Source: an uncultured Dehalococcoidales bacterium (lineage in GTDB: Bacteria > Chloroflexota > Dehalococcoidia > GIF9 > UBA5629). From it: a DNA stretch of 64,000 nt. Under the pieces are notes generated by a model. That model had not been told where the DNA came from and made no database searches. It saw only the letters and a program-made list of their open reading frames with translations. The position numbers and the translations under genes are program-made. This document shows, piece by piece, positions 36,321 through 47,237 of this stretch. Numbering within the stretch: position 1 is the first letter of the stretch; each line of letters starts with the position of its first letter. The DNA is taken from contig CAZFIM010000004.1 in assembly GCA_964519615.1 (NCBI GenBank), positions 10,086-74,085 of the forward strand, written 5' to 3'.

Positions 36321-38978
36321 ATGTCAGACATTCCAAAAGCATATGAACCGGGCAGCGTGGAGCAGAAGTTGTACTCTTTCTGGATGGAGAAGGGATACTT
36401 CACTCCCGTTATCGACCCCTCCAAGCAGCCCTTCACTATTATTATGCCGCCTCCCAATGTTACCGGCGGACTGCATGTAGGTCATGCCCTTACAGCGGTC
36501 CTTGAAGATATCGTAACCAGGTGGCACCGTATGCGCGGCGAGCCCACCCTCTGGCTTCCCGGAGTGGACCATGCCGGCATTGCCACACAGGTTATCGTGG
36601 AGCAGAAGCTGGCTCGCGAGGGAATAGACCGCCACCAGCTCGGGCGCGAGAAATTTATCGAGCGTGTCTGGGAATGGGTGGCACAGGCGCGAACGGAGAT
36701 AACCGTACAACATCAGCGGCTGGGTGCCTCCTGTGATTGGACGCGTGAACGCTTCACGCTGGATGAAGGTCCTGCTCTGGCGGTGCGTACCGCCTTCGTA
36801 CGCCTGTTCGAGAAAGGGCTCATCTATCAGGGTGAACGCATCATCAACTGGTGCCCGCGCTGCCGCACCGCCCTTTCTGATCTGGAGGTCCAGCACAAGG
36901 ATATCACCGGCAACCTCTACTATATGCGTTATCCTTTTGCAGATAGCAGCGGATACGTCACCGTGGCCACCACGCGCCCTGAAACATATCTGGGAGATAC
37001 TGCGGTAGCAGTCAATCCCGATGACCCCCGTTACCGCGGTATGGCAGGAAAACAGGTCAGGCTGCCGGTTATAGGCCGGGTCATACCAATGGTGGCGGAC
37101 AGTGCAGTTGACCCCTCCTTCGGCACCGGCGCAGTCAAGATTACCCCTGCTCACGATCCCGCTGATTTCGAGATGTCGCAAAGGCAAAACCTGCCTATTA
37201 TCCATATTATGAACCCTGACGCCACCATGAACTCCGAGGCCGGTCCCTATGAGGGGATGGACCGCATCGCGGCGCGCAAAAAGGTCATAGAAGATTTTGA
37301 GAGCGCCGGACTGCTGGAAAAGGTGGAGCCCCATGCCCACGCCGTGGGCCACTGCTTCCGCTGCGGTACTATGGTAGAACCCAATGTAAGCAAACAGTGG
37401 TTCGTGAGGATGGAGCCGCTGGCTAAAAAAGCCATTGAGGTCGTCAAAGATGGGCATATAATTATCGTACCGGAGAGGTTCAACAAGGTCTATTTCAACT
37501 GGATGGAGAACATCAGGGACTGGTGCATCAGCCGCCAACTCTGGTGGGGACACCGTATTCCCGTCTGGTACTGCCAGCAGTGCGGGCAGGTGATTGCCTC
37601 CATCGAAGACCCAACCGCGTGCCCGGCATGCGGCTCATCCGAGCTCCTGCAGGACCCGGACGTGCTCGATACCTGGTTCAGCTCCGGCCTCTGGCCGCAC
37701 TCCACACTGGGCTGGCCGGCACAGACAGAGGACCTTGGCTACTTCTATCCCACCTCAGTCATGGTAACCGGATACGATATCCTCTTCTTCTGGGTGGCCA
37801 GAATGATAATGATGGGCATAGAGGATACCGGCGATATTCCCTTCCGCGCCGTCTATTTGAACGGTCTTATCAGGGATGAAAAGGGCGAAAAGATGAGCAA
37901 GATGAAAGGCAATGTACTCGATCCCGTGGTTGTTATTGAGCAGTACGGGACGGATGCACTGCGCTTTGCCCTGACCACCGGCACCACACCGGGCAATGAT
38001 ATCAACCTGGGCCAGCACAGGCTGGAGGCAGGCAGGAACTTCGCCAATAAGCTCTGGAACGCCGCACGCTTCGTTCTGCAGAGCATGGACAACAGCACGC
38101 TGAGCCCGGAACAGTTCATACGGAAAAAAGTAAAGGTGGACAGCCTGGAGGACCGCTGGATACTGAGCAGATTAAGCAGCCTTACCGTGAAAGTGGAAGA
38201 GCTCATGGATAACTTCCTGTTCGGTGAAGCCGAACAAGCTATACACGATTTCTTCTGGAACGAGTACTGCGACTGGTATATCGAGATGGCCAAACTGCGC
38301 CTGGCAGACGAGAAAAACTCGCCTCTGCCGGTGCTGGCTGCAGTGCTCGAGATCACTCTGCGGCTGCTGCACCCCTTCATGCCCTTCATCACTGAAGAGC
38401 TGTGGCAGAAGCTTAAAGACCGCCTCCCATCCGGCACGCTGGAAGCAGAGGCGCTTATTGTGGCACCCTATCCCTGCGCAGATAAAGAGCTTCTTGATTC
38501 CGGGGCGGACCGCGCAATGGAGGCCATCATCGAGATCGTCCGCGCCATCCGCAATGCCCGCGCCGAATACAAGGTACCCCAGGGCAAATGGATAGAAGCC
38601 CACATTTATACGGACAGTCTCTCGCAAACCGCCGCCGGGCAGGCTGCCGCCATTGAAACACTGGCTAAGGCCAGGCCGCTCTCCATACTGCGCCGTAATG
38701 AACGCCTCGCCGAGGGAGAAAAGGCGCTGGCGATAGTACTTGCGGAAGGTGAAGTAGTGCTTCCCTGGGCGGATATGGTGGATGTAGAGGCAGAGAAAGT
38801 GCGCCTGACAAATGAGATTGCCATCCTTGAACGGGAGATTGGGCGTCTGGAGGGCAGGTTAAAGGATGAGGCTTTCATCACCAAAGCACCCGCCCAGGTG
38901 GTGGATAAAGAGCGCAGCAAAGCCGCATCATATCAGGATAAATTGAAGCGGCTCAACCAGGAACTGGCACAGCTTTAG
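36321..38978 (+). CDS. valS: valine--tRNA ligase
   Basis: PPPNVTGGLHVGH (HIGH), DWCISRQLWWGHRIP, DVLDTWFSS, KMSK, C-terminal coiled coil. Confidence 0.98.
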   Translation: MSDIPKAYEPGSVEQKLYSFWMEKGYFTPVIDPSKQPFTIIMPPPNVTGGLHVGHALTAVLEDIVTRWHRMRGEPTLWLPGVDHAGIATQVIVEQKLAREGIDRHQLGREKFIERVWEWVAQARTEITVQHQRLGASCDWTRERFTLDEGPALAVRTAFVRLFEKGLIYQGERIINWCPRCRTALSDLEVQHKDITGNLYYMRYPFADSSGYVTVATTRPETYLGDTAVAVNPDDPRYRGMAGKQVRLPVIGRVIPMVADSAVDPSFGTGAVKITPAHDPADFEMSQRQNLPIIHIMNPDATMNSEAGPYEGMDRIAARKKVIEDFESAGLLEKVEPHAHAVGHCFRCGTMVEPNVSKQWFVRMEPLAKKAIEVVKDGHIIIVPERFNKVYFNWMENIRDWCISRQLWWGHRIPVWYCQQCGQVIASIEDPTACPACGSSELLQDPDVLDTWFSSGLWPHSTLGWPAQTEDLGYFYPTSVMVTGYDILFFWVARMIMMGIEDTGDIPFRAVYLNGLIRDEKGEKMSKMKGNVLDPVVVIEQYGTDALRFALTTGTTPGNDINLGQHRLEAGRNFANKLWNAARFVLQSMDNSTLSPEQFIRKKVKVDSLEDRWILSRLSSLTVKVEELMDNFLFGEAEQAIHDFFWNEYCDWYIEMAKLRLADEKNSPLPVLAAVLEITLRLLHPFMPFITEELWQKLKDRLPSGTLEAEALIVAPYPCADKELLDSGADRAMEAIIEIVRAIRNARAEYKVPQGKWIEAHIYTDSLSQTAAGQAAAIETLAKARPLSILRRNERLAEGEKALAIVLAEGEVVLPWADMVDVEAEKVRLTNEIAILEREIGRLEGRLKDEAFITKAPAQVVDKERSKAASYQDKLKRLNQELAQL

Positions 38979-38993
38979 ACGCCGGATCGTCCG

Positions 38994-39680
38994 TTACAGC
39001 ATTTTCATCTTGCGCTCCATGTGAAGCATGGCCTTCTTCGTATCGCTTGCCATACGTGATTTATCGCTGTGCTTAAGGCGGTATTTGAAAAGCCAGTAAA
39101 GGAACTCTTTCATCTCCCCCAGATCGATATGCCGTGGGCGGGGATAATGCTTCTCTCTTCTGAACTCATCGAGCAGCACCTGTTGGGGAGCCCCGTAGAT
39201 ACGGTTGTAGGCGGTAGTAAGGTTATCATCGTCGCTAGCTCCGCCGAATACGCGGGTTTCCTTGCGTACTTCATTAACTACCGCTGAGATCAAAGCCTCC
39301 TCCACCAGAACACCGTAGAGGTAGTTAAGATAGGCGCGGTATTTGGCCGGACCCATCAATGACTTCATCTCGTCTTTATTTAACCTCTGCGGCGGCCTGT
39401 CATTAAAAAGCAGAGCGTTTCTTTCTTGCTCAGGTACCGCATCGCCGCTCTCCAGCAGCAGTCTTTCGGCAAGGAGCAGCCAGTCGAAGGCCTCATTATC
39501 TATTAAATAGCGCCAGTGGCGTCCGTTGTAATCCTCCTCGGCGCTCGTCCACAAGCTGATTGCTTCCAGCAGAGCAATATACCAGTCCTTTCCCTCAGCC
39601 AACGCCTCTTTAAAATGAGTAATAGCCTTGCTATCACATTCCGGCATCTGCTGCCGCCTATTTTGTTCTTCTGATGACAT
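38994..39680 (-). CDS. hypothetical protein, co-oriented downstream of polX
   Basis: 228-aa ORF starting 9 nt after the polX stop, with a GGGGCC/AGGGG SD-like element; no motif recognised. Confidence 0.75.
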   Translation of the reverse strand: MSSEEQNRRQQMPECDSKAITHFKEALAEGKDWYIALLEAISLWTSAEEDYNGRHWRYLIDNEAFDWLLLAERLLLESGDAVPEQERNALLFNDRPPQRLNKDEMKSLMGPAKYRAYLNYLYGVLVEEALISAVVNEVRKETRVFGGASDDDNLTTAYNRIYGAPQQVLLDEFRREKHYPRPRHIDLGEMKEFLYWLFKYRLKHSDKSRMASDTKKAMLHMERKMKML

Positions 39681-39689
39681 GGCCCCTGA

Positions 39690-41408
39690 TCATTCTCTCC
39701 CAAGAAATTTTAATACATCTGCAAGTGTACGCGTATTGAGGATATCCTGCGGACGGCACCAACCCCGCCGCGCCACCCCCACACCGTAGCGCATAAAGTC
39801 CAGATGCCCGCAGTAGTGAGCGTCCGTGCCCAGAGTAAGCTTCACCCCCAGCTCGCGTGCGCGGTAGACATGAACGCTGCCAAGGTCAAGCCTGCTGGGC
39901 ATGGCGTTAATCTCCAGTGCTTTATTATACTTCAAAGCGGCCTTATAAACCGCCTCCAGGTCCACTGCCACAGGTTCGCGCGTCCCGATTAGCCGGCAGG
40001 TGGGATGGGCGATTATATCGACATGCGGATTTTCAAGCGCAGAGAGAAAGCGTGCGGTTATCTGCTCCTGCGGCTGATTCATGCCGGCATGTATGGCGGC
40101 GACGACGATATCAAGCCCGGCCAGCACCTCATCAGGCATGGCCAGGCTGCCGTCTGCCTTGATATCCACCTCAGTACCGGCAAGCAGGCGGATATCGCCG
40201 CTGCGTTTATTGAATGCCCTGATCTCTTCTATCTGCTTTTGCAGGCGTTCGGCGGAAAGCCCATGCGCCACCCCCAATCCTCCCGAATGGTCGGTGACGG
40301 CAAGATAGCCGTAGCCGCGCCTGCGTGCAGCATCGGCCATATCCTCCAGAGTATTATGCCCATCGCTCCAGTTAGTGTGAACGTGCAGGTCGCCCTTGAT
40401 ATCTTCCTGCCGTATAAGCTCCGGGACATCACCCCTTTCGGCAAGTTCTATCTCCTGCCCGCCTTCGCGTAGCTCAGGTGGTATATACTGCATGCCCAGG
40501 CGCCTGTAGAAGTCCTGTTCGCTGCCGAACTTCTCGAGCTTGCCTGCGGCCGCATCGGTGATGCCGTATTCGCTCAGTTTAAGCCCTCGCCTCTGCGCTC
40601 TGCTGCGCAAAAGGATATTGTGCTGTTTGCTGCCGGTAAAATACTGCAGTAGAGAGCCGAAGGAGTCATGCTCTACAATACGCAGATCCACCTGAAGTTC
40701 TCCGCTAACAATAACACTCGCTTTAGTAGGCCCGGCAGCCAGTACCTCTTTCACCTGCGGCAGCTTCACAAAGGCCTCTATCACCTGCACGGGATTATCT
40801 GCGGTACCCATGAGATCTATATCACCCACCGTCTCACGGAAACGGCGCAGGCTGCCCGCCGGAGTGAGGTTCTTCACGCCCGGCAGCTTCTCCAGCTCAG
40901 ATAAAACCTCCTCCACCACGGGCAAGGCCTGTCCTATGGGTATGCGTGTGTCTTTGCTCCGCAGCGTCTCTATCCGGTGCAGTATAGTTGCGGCGGTTTT
41001 TGTACCAAGTCCTCCTATCTGTTCAAGGCTGCCGTCGCCGGCCGCTTTCTCCAGATCATCTATAGTCGTGATTCCCATATCAGAGAGCTTTTTTGCCGTC
41101 CTGGGCCCGATGCCGGGAATTTCAAGCAGATCGGTTATGCCGGGAGGGAAATCTGCTTTCAATTCCTCATAGAAGGCAAGCTTGCCTGTTGTTATCAGTT
41201 CGGTAATCTTTTTGGCAATTGCCTGGCCTATCCCGGCAATCGCAGTGAGGTCATCCCCATCATCCAGCATCGCTTGCATTTCGCGGGGCAGATGTTCTAT
41301 CGTGCGGGCGGCGCGTTGATAGGCGCGTATCTTAAAAGGATTATCGCCTTTTATCTCCAGCAGTTCGGCAATATCCGTAAAAACCGCCGCGATTTCGCTA
41401 TTATTCAT
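39690..41408 (-). CDS. polX: DNA polymerase X with PHP 3'-5' exonuclease domain
   Basis: NPFKIRAY, GIGPRTA, AGSLRRFRETVGDID, LQYFTGSK.HN, GDLHVHT.WSDG, TDHS, HPT, GTDAH. Confidence 0.95.
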   Translation of the reverse strand: MNNSEIAAVFTDIAELLEIKGDNPFKIRAYQRAARTIEHLPREMQAMLDDGDDLTAIAGIGQAIAKKITELITTGKLAFYEELKADFPPGITDLLEIPGIGPRTAKKLSDMGITTIDDLEKAAGDGSLEQIGGLGTKTAATILHRIETLRSKDTRIPIGQALPVVEEVLSELEKLPGVKNLTPAGSLRRFRETVGDIDLMGTADNPVQVIEAFVKLPQVKEVLAAGPTKASVIVSGELQVDLRIVEHDSFGSLLQYFTGSKQHNILLRSRAQRRGLKLSEYGITDAAAGKLEKFGSEQDFYRRLGMQYIPPELREGGQEIELAERGDVPELIRQEDIKGDLHVHTNWSDGHNTLEDMADAARRRGYGYLAVTDHSGGLGVAHGLSAERLQKQIEEIRAFNKRSGDIRLLAGTEVDIKADGSLAMPDEVLAGLDIVVAAIHAGMNQPQEQITARFLSALENPHVDIIAHPTCRLIGTREPVAVDLEAVYKAALKYNKALEINAMPSRLDLGSVHVYRARELGVKLTLGTDAHYCGHLDFMRYGVGVARRGWCRPQDILNTRTLADVLKFLGRE

Positions 41409-41491
41409 ACTACACACAGCACAAGAGTATTATATTCCACACCCCGCATTATAGAATAAAAAAGGGATCGGTTTACAGGGTAGTGATGACG

Positions 41492-42685
41492 TTATAGTGA
41501 ATTTATCGCCGTCTCTATCCGGCGTAGGGCCTCCTCAAGGATGCTGCGCGGGCAGGCGATGTTCATACGCTGAAAGCCGGAACCGCCTGCGCCGAAAAGG
41601 AAGCCGTCGTCCAGCCCCACACGTGCATTGGTGCGCATGAAATGGCGCAGCGTCATATCATCCAACCCTAGTTTGCGGCAGTCGAGCCAGAGTAGATAGG
41701 TTGCCTGCGGCTTGATAGGGGTAACGCGGGGAATTCTGCGTACAAAGTAGTCGAGCGTAAATTCCAGGTTCTTCTGCAGGTACGGCAGAAGCTGCGCAAG
41801 CCACTCATCGCCGTGGCGGTAAGCGGCCTCCATGGCCGTAAGCCCGAAAAGGTTGGGGAAAGGTATGCCCGCCCTTGCTTCTTTGAAGGCACGTCGCATC
41901 TTTCTATCCGCTATAATTATAGAAGAGGCCTGCAGCCCCGCCAGATTAAAGGTCTTGCTGGGCGCCATGCAGACTATGCAGTTCTGCTCGAAGTCCTTAG
42001 AGATTGAGCCGAAAGGTATATGCCTGTAGCCTTCATAGAGTATCTCGCAATGTATTTCATCGGAAATAACGGTGATGCCGCTGCCCAGCGCGATCTCGCC
42101 GAGCTGCGCCAGCTCTTTTTTGCCCCAGAGGCGGCCTATGGGGTTCTGCGGATTGCAGAGTATGAGCGCTTTTACACGGTTGGGAACGTCTCCCATACCG
42201 GCTCCGGGACGGAACTTGCTCCGCAGGTCATCGAAGTCCATATGGTAACGGCCTCGGGACAGCTTCAATTCATTGGTCGCTACCTGACAGCCGTTCTCCT
42301 TCACCACCGGAAAGAACGGATAGTACACCGGTTCCTGCAGGACAACCGCATCTCCGGGACGTGTAAGAGACCTGACCGCCATGTGCAGAGCGGAGATAAC
42401 GCCGGGGGTATAGACCACCCATTCCGGCTCGATTTGCCAGCCAAACTTTCTCCTCACGCGGTCGACAACGGCCTCAGTCAGCTCAGGACCCGCGCAGGTA
42501 TATCCGTAATACTCATGCTCAATCCGCTTTCTTAAAGCATCCGTAACCGGCCGGGCGGCGGGAAAATCCATGTCCGCCACCCACATAGGTATCACATCTG
42601 AACTTCCGAACAATTTCTCCGTCAAGTCCCACTTTACGCTGCCGGTATTCTGCCGGGAATAGAGGCGGTCGAAATCGTATTTCAT
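41492..42685 (-). CDS. PLP-dependent C-S lyase (PatB/MalY family)
   Basis: SVKWD, PMWVADMDF, LCNPQNPIGR, SDEIH, APSKTFNLAG, FQRMNIACPR. Confidence 0.92.
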   Translation of the reverse strand: MKYDFDRLYSRQNTGSVKWDLTEKLFGSSDVIPMWVADMDFPAARPVTDALRKRIEHEYYGYTCAGPELTEAVVDRVRRKFGWQIEPEWVVYTPGVISALHMAVRSLTRPGDAVVLQEPVYYPFFPVVKENGCQVATNELKLSRGRYHMDFDDLRSKFRPGAGMGDVPNRVKALILCNPQNPIGRLWGKKELAQLGEIALGSGITVISDEIHCEILYEGYRHIPFGSISKDFEQNCIVCMAPSKTFNLAGLQASSIIIADRKMRRAFKEARAGIPFPNLFGLTAMEAAYRHGDEWLAQLLPYLQKNLEFTLDYFVRRIPRVTPIKPQATYLLWLDCRKLGLDDMTLRHFMRTNARVGLDDGFLFGAGGSGFQRMNIACPRSILEEALRRIETAINSL

Positions 42686-42941
42686 GCTTCTCCGTTCCTG
42701 CTCAATGAACTTTAGTTTGCTTCTCTATTGTAGTACCCGGACAGCGGCAGAACAATAGACGGGGACATTTCGGCCGGGATGATTAACCATAAGTACCTGT
42801 GAAGTTAAAAAACAATTTGCCCGCAGGCGCGTCTATCGTCAGCAGATAACTCCCGCAGCAAACCTGCTCTTGATCATTATTAACACGGTTACACTTCCTG
42901 TGCTATGATGGATGCATAGTAAGTTCAGTCAGGAAGATGTC

Positions 42942-44090
42942 ATGCACAAATCCATAGTCGCTTTGGTTAAATGCACCACATATGAAGAGAGCCGTGTGTT
43001 TGAGGCTGTACAGAAAGGGATAGACCTCTTGGGGGGTATCTCTCTCTTTGCTCATCCCGGTGCAAGAATAGTGATGAAACCGAATATCCTTATCGGCTCT
43101 GCTCCGGAACAATGCGTGACCACGCATCCTGCCGTCTTCAAAGCCGTGGGCACCATGCTTGCGCAAGCGAAAGCCAGTGTCTATTACGGCGATTCCCCGG
43201 CTTTCGGCAAAGCGGAAGCGAGTTTAAAACGGTCCTGCCTTAAACAGCCCGGCGATGAGCTGGGCTTTACGCTTGCCGATTTCGATTCCGGCAGGTCGGT
43301 AAGCCATGAAGACGCTTTGCTGATGAAGAAATTCGTCATCGCAAGCGGAGTGCTGGACAGCGATGGCCTGGTGAGTCTGCCCAAGCTCAAAACCCATGGT
43401 CTGGTACGCTTTACCGGCGCGGTCAAGAACCAGTTCGGATGCATACCCGGTCTGCTGAAAAGCCAGTACCACGTCAAGCTGCCCGACCCCTGGGACTTCT
43501 CCACCATGCTGGTGGACCTCACTACACTGATAAAGCCCAGGCTCTATATTATGGACGGCATCACGGCGATGGAAGGCAACGGCCCTCGAAGCGGAAAGCC
43601 CCGGCAGCTAAATGTACTGCTGTTTTCGGCTGACCCCACAGCGCTGGATGCTACCGCCTGCAGGATTATCAACCTGGATCCAGAGATAGTGCCCACAGCA
43701 ACAGCGGGCGAAAAGGCGGGATTGGGAACGTACCATGCTGAGAACATTGAGCTTGCGGGAGAATGCATTGAGTCCTTCCTTACCCCTGATTTTAAGGCGG
43801 ACCGGACCCCTCCGGCGCACATTGCCGGCGGCCGTATGAGGACTTTTCTCAAAAACAGGATGACACAGAGGCCGGTAATAGATAAAAAGAAATGCACCTG
43901 CTGCGGCACCTGCGTGAAAATGTGCCCGGTTGAACCGAAAGCTGTCGACTGGCAAAAAGGACAGAAAGCCAGCCCGCCCGTACATGACTATGACCGCTGC
44001 ATCCGCTGCTACTGCTGCCAGGAGATGTGCCCGGAAGGAGCAATCTCGGTAGCCAGCCCGCTGCTGGGGAGGATTATGGGCAGCAAATAG
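42942..44090 (+). CDS. DUF362 protein with C-terminal 2x[4Fe-4S] ferredoxin domain
   Basis: KPNIL, TTHP, SLPKLKTH..TGAVKNQFG, DGITAMEGNGP, CTCCGTCVKMCP, CIRCYCCQEMCP. Start may be 42912. Confidence 0.88.
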   Translation: MHKSIVALVKCTTYEESRVFEAVQKGIDLLGGISLFAHPGARIVMKPNILIGSAPEQCVTTHPAVFKAVGTMLAQAKASVYYGDSPAFGKAEASLKRSCLKQPGDELGFTLADFDSGRSVSHEDALLMKKFVIASGVLDSDGLVSLPKLKTHGLVRFTGAVKNQFGCIPGLLKSQYHVKLPDPWDFSTMLVDLTTLIKPRLYIMDGITAMEGNGPRSGKPRQLNVLLFSADPTALDATACRIINLDPEIVPTATAGEKAGLGTYHAENIELAGECIESFLTPDFKADRTPPAHIAGGRMRTFLKNRMTQRPVIDKKKCTCCGTCVKMCPVEPKAVDWQKGQKASPPVHDYDRCIRCYCCQEMCPEGAISVASPLLGRIMGSK

Positions 44091-44121
44091 GGAAAAATAG
44101 AGAATAAAAAACTATTTCCGC

Positions 44122-45441
44122 TTATAGCATCTGTGGCAACCAGAGCGCCAATTGAGGGAAAACCGTTAAAAGGGCGACAATAATCATCAGCACGATGAAA
44201 AAGGGAAAGCAGCCCCTGACGATATCCATGAAGGGATAGTCCGGCCGAAGGCTCTGAATAACGAACAGATTGAATCCTACCGGCGGTGTGAGTAAAGCCG
44301 CTTCAATAAGCATCGTCAATATAATTCCGAACCAGATGGTATCACAGCCCAAAGCTGCAACGACAGGCACCACAACGGGAATTGTCATTATCATTATCGA
44401 GATTCCGTCTATCAGCATCCCGAGGAGAAGATACATCACTATAATGCCGATGAGGATGAAGACAGGCGCAACATCCAGCCCTGTAACGAAATCGGCTATT
44501 CCTCTGGTTATGCCGGCATTGGATAAAAACACCGTCGCGAGCTGACCGCTCAAATAAATACAGATTATCATGCTGCTGGTTATCACCGTCGCGGTTATTG
44601 CCCGCGCCAGAGCACCTCTGCTGAATTGACGGTAAACAACGGCGATGATGATGACAAGAAAACAGCCGACCGTAGCCGCTTCAGTGGGCGTCGCCCACCC
44701 CAGATAGATAGACCCGATCACTCCAAGGACAAGTACCAGTACGGGCCATGCCCTCAACAGCAGCAGCAAGCAGCGGCCCCAGGGTTCTTTTTGCCGTACA
44801 TTTCCCAGTTCCGGGTGTATTGCCAGCCGTATTACGATGTAAGCCATATAACTCAAGGTAAGGATTAAGCCCGGTACCACTCCGGCAAGAAACAGCTTGC
44901 CTACAGATTCGCCTGTCTGCAAACCATAGATGATGAGCGTAATACTGGGTGGTATAAGAATACCCAGGGTCCCACCGGCGGCTACCGAACCGACGGAGAT
45001 TTTGCGGTCGTAGCCCAGTTTTTCCATTTCCGGCAGGGCTATAGAGGCGATAGTTGCGCATGACGCCAGGCTGGAGCCGCTGCAAGCGGCGAAAGCCGCG
45101 CTTACTGCGATATTTGTATGCAGCAGGCCGCCGGGCAGAATGCGATCGATAAAAGGGGACAGCCCAGCGTAGATACGCTGGCTCAAATTGGTCTCATGAA
45201 GCAAATAGCCCATGAACACGAACAGGGGGATAGCAGCTATGGAAAAAGAATTGAGCCCTTGCCAGGCAACGCGGCCGAGGCTGGGCCACATGCCGGAGCC
45301 GAAAGCGATCGATACCGAACATACGCCGACAACGCCCAGAGCGAATACAACGGGCATGCCGCTGAAAACCAGCACAAGCAGGGCAACGATCCATATGACA
45401 ATACTGCCAAGTAAGTCCATGCGGTATTTGTTTCCTTGCAA
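44122..45441 (-). CDS. dctM: TRAP transporter large permease
   Basis: AIPLFVFMG, GGLLH, SGSSLA, GGTLGILIPPS, TPTEAA, LTPPVGFNLF. Confidence 0.93.
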   Translation of the reverse strand: MQGNKYRMDLLGSIVIWIVALLVLVFSGMPVVFALGVVGVCSVSIAFGSGMWPSLGRVAWQGLNSFSIAAIPLFVFMGYLLHETNLSQRIYAGLSPFIDRILPGGLLHTNIAVSAAFAACSGSSLASCATIASIALPEMEKLGYDRKISVGSVAAGGTLGILIPPSITLIIYGLQTGESVGKLFLAGVVPGLILTLSYMAYIVIRLAIHPELGNVRQKEPWGRCLLLLLRAWPVLVLVLGVIGSIYLGWATPTEAATVGCFLVIIIAVVYRQFSRGALARAITATVITSSMIICIYLSGQLATVFLSNAGITRGIADFVTGLDVAPVFILIGIIVMYLLLGMLIDGISIMIMTIPVVVPVVAALGCDTIWFGIILTMLIEAALLTPPVGFNLFVIQSLRPDYPFMDIVRGCFPFFIVLMIIVALLTVFPQLALWLPQML

Positions 45442-45454
45442 CAGGAGCTATAGC

Positions 45455-46024
45455 CTATTGCCCGCTCAGGCTATCGCTCCTGTTATTACTTTGTATAAGA
45501 GTTCTTGTCGCTATAATTATTTCTATAAGCAGCTGCAGAGCGAACAGCCACAGACCGAAAGGCAGCAGCAGTTGAGGATATGCGAGCGGCGTTTCCATAG
45601 CGGTTATGGCAACATATCCCTTCCTGAGAGAGGTCATCGCCAGATTGAAGGTCTGAACGCCCATAAAGGTTAGAAAAACAAGGCCCTGAACATAACCTGC
45701 TATTATCAGCCATTGTCTGGCATTTTCCGGCATAAAGCGGAGAAAATGGTCCACCCGCACATGGCCGCCCTTTTTCAATGTATACGCCGCTCCCACAATA
45801 CCCACAACAGGTATCAGGTAGGCAACATATTCTTCAGCAAAAGGAAGCGCTCCATGCAGCAGATTACGGGTTATCAACTGTGAGCCCACCAGCAGGAGCA
45901 TAAGGCATAAACCGAATCCGGCAATAGCAATGCTCAGCTTAGGCAAAATGTCATCAGCCTTTCTCACTATCCGGAGCAATACGGTGTTAATAACCTTTAT
46001 GGCAGCTCTGGTACTATTTCGCAT
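45455..46024 (-). CDS. dctQ: TRAP transporter small permease
   Basis: Four TM helices, AEEY, GAAYTLKKGGHVRVD. Confidence 0.9.
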   Translation of the reverse strand: MRNSTRAAIKVINTVLLRIVRKADDILPKLSIAIAGFGLCLMLLLVGSQLITRNLLHGALPFAEEYVAYLIPVVGIVGAAYTLKKGGHVRVDHFLRFMPENARQWLIIAGYVQGLVFLTFMGVQTFNLAMTSLRKGYVAITAMETPLAYPQLLLPFGLWLFALQLLIEIIIATRTLIQSNNRSDSLSGQ

Positions 46025-46061
46025 ACCGCTTATTCAATCTTCCGGTACTCTATCGATGAGC

Positions 46062-47174
46062 TTATTTACGGCCCAGGATATCAAGCACTTTATCCATTAT
46101 TTGTGCCTCTTCAGGACTGAGTCCTGCCTGCCATTCCGACCAGACGGTCTTGCAGACCTCGCGTGATTTCTCCAGGTCAGCCTCCGACGGATACACCTGT
46201 TCCTGTCCGTAGTCGATGAAGAATTGCAGTCTCTCCTGGAATAAATCGCCGTCCGGCGCCAGCAATAGCTGCTGACATTCCTCCGCGGTAGCGGCCGACT
46301 CCTCCACCAGGATTTCCTGCAGGTCTGAGGGCAGACCGGCAAATGCCTCCGTGTTTACGAAATTGATGTAATAAGCGGAGGGCATAGGCCAGAAGTTCTG
46401 AAACGGGCAAATCTCGTAGAACTTCATATCATACATGGAAATCGCCTGGTTGAGAGTGCCCTGAATGACTCCTGTAGACATGGCGGTGTACATTTCAGAG
46501 TAATCACAGGTAATAGCGGCGGCACCCATCCTTTCCAGGTATGTGGTCACCATCTGGTTCCATGTTCGTAGTTTGGCTCCCCTGAAATCATCCGCAGTGC
46601 CGAGCTTGACGGTTGAGAACCAACTGCACATCGGCCAGGCCCATGCGCCGAGCAGCTTCATATTCATTGAAGCGGCCGTTTTATCCATATCAGGTCTTAT
46701 CGATTTATACACATTAATACGTTCAGCCTGCGTATCGTAGATAAACTGGTCCAGTATCAAGAACACGTTTTGTTCGTTGAAGGCGGATGATACCGTCTGT
46801 CCCATTTCAGCAAGTCCCTCGCTGACAACACGATGCATCTCATATGCGCCGTAGCCCAGTTCTCCCACATAATGAATGGTAATATTAAGCTGCCCGCCGC
46901 TGCGTTCAGCTATTCTATCCACCATTTCCTCCTGTATTGCCGCGGTCACGCTTGACGCCGGGTCGTTAATGGTAAACCGCCAGTTTAAAGGCTCGCTTAC
47001 GGCCAGAGTCTGTGGAGTCTGTGGAGACTGCGGCGTTGCCGGCTCAGGTTGAGCACAACCCGCCAGCGACAGCGCCAGCAAGACGCACACCATGATAAGG
47101 GACAATGCTATATTCTTTTTCACCTGGTTAACCTCCTGATTGATACTTTTTTTATATTGAATATGGTTGGTCAT
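46062..47174 (-). CDS. dctP: TRAP substrate-binding lipoprotein
   Basis: LAGC lipobox, ERSGGQLNITIH..GELG, DFRGAKLR, E+YTAM.TG++.G. Real start is probably at about 47123 (VKKNIAL). Confidence 0.88.
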   Translation of the reverse strand: MTNHIQYKKSINQEVNQVKKNIALSLIMVCVLLALSLAGCAQPEPATPQSPQTPQTLAVSEPLNWRFTINDPASSVTAAIQEEMVDRIAERSGGQLNITIHYVGELGYGAYEMHRVVSEGLAEMGQTVSSAFNEQNVFLILDQFIYDTQAERINVYKSIRPDMDKTAASMNMKLLGAWAWPMCSWFSTVKLGTADDFRGAKLRTWNQMVTTYLERMGAAAITCDYSEMYTAMSTGVIQGTLNQAISMYDMKFYEICPFQNFWPMPSAYYINFVNTEAFAGLPSDLQEILVEESAATAEECQQLLLAPDGDLFQERLQFFIDYGQEQVYPSEADLEKSREVCKTVWSEWQAGLSPEEAQIMDKVLDILGRK

Positions 47175-47237
47175 GTATTCTTATATCTGTATGGCATTAT
47201 TGCCGGACCGGAACAGTCCGGCCCCGACCCGTGGCAA

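Noticed and set aside
36324-37553. Long antisense ORFs (409 aa opposite valS; also those opposite nnr, XDH, secA and the 2-hydroxyacid dehydrogenase)
   Set aside because: Shadow ORFs of GC-rich coding strands, with no motifs or SD.
47009-47035. 9-bp tandem repeat in dctP (PQSPQTPQT)
   Set aside because: Imperfect, in frame, and encodes an ordinary lipoprotein linker.
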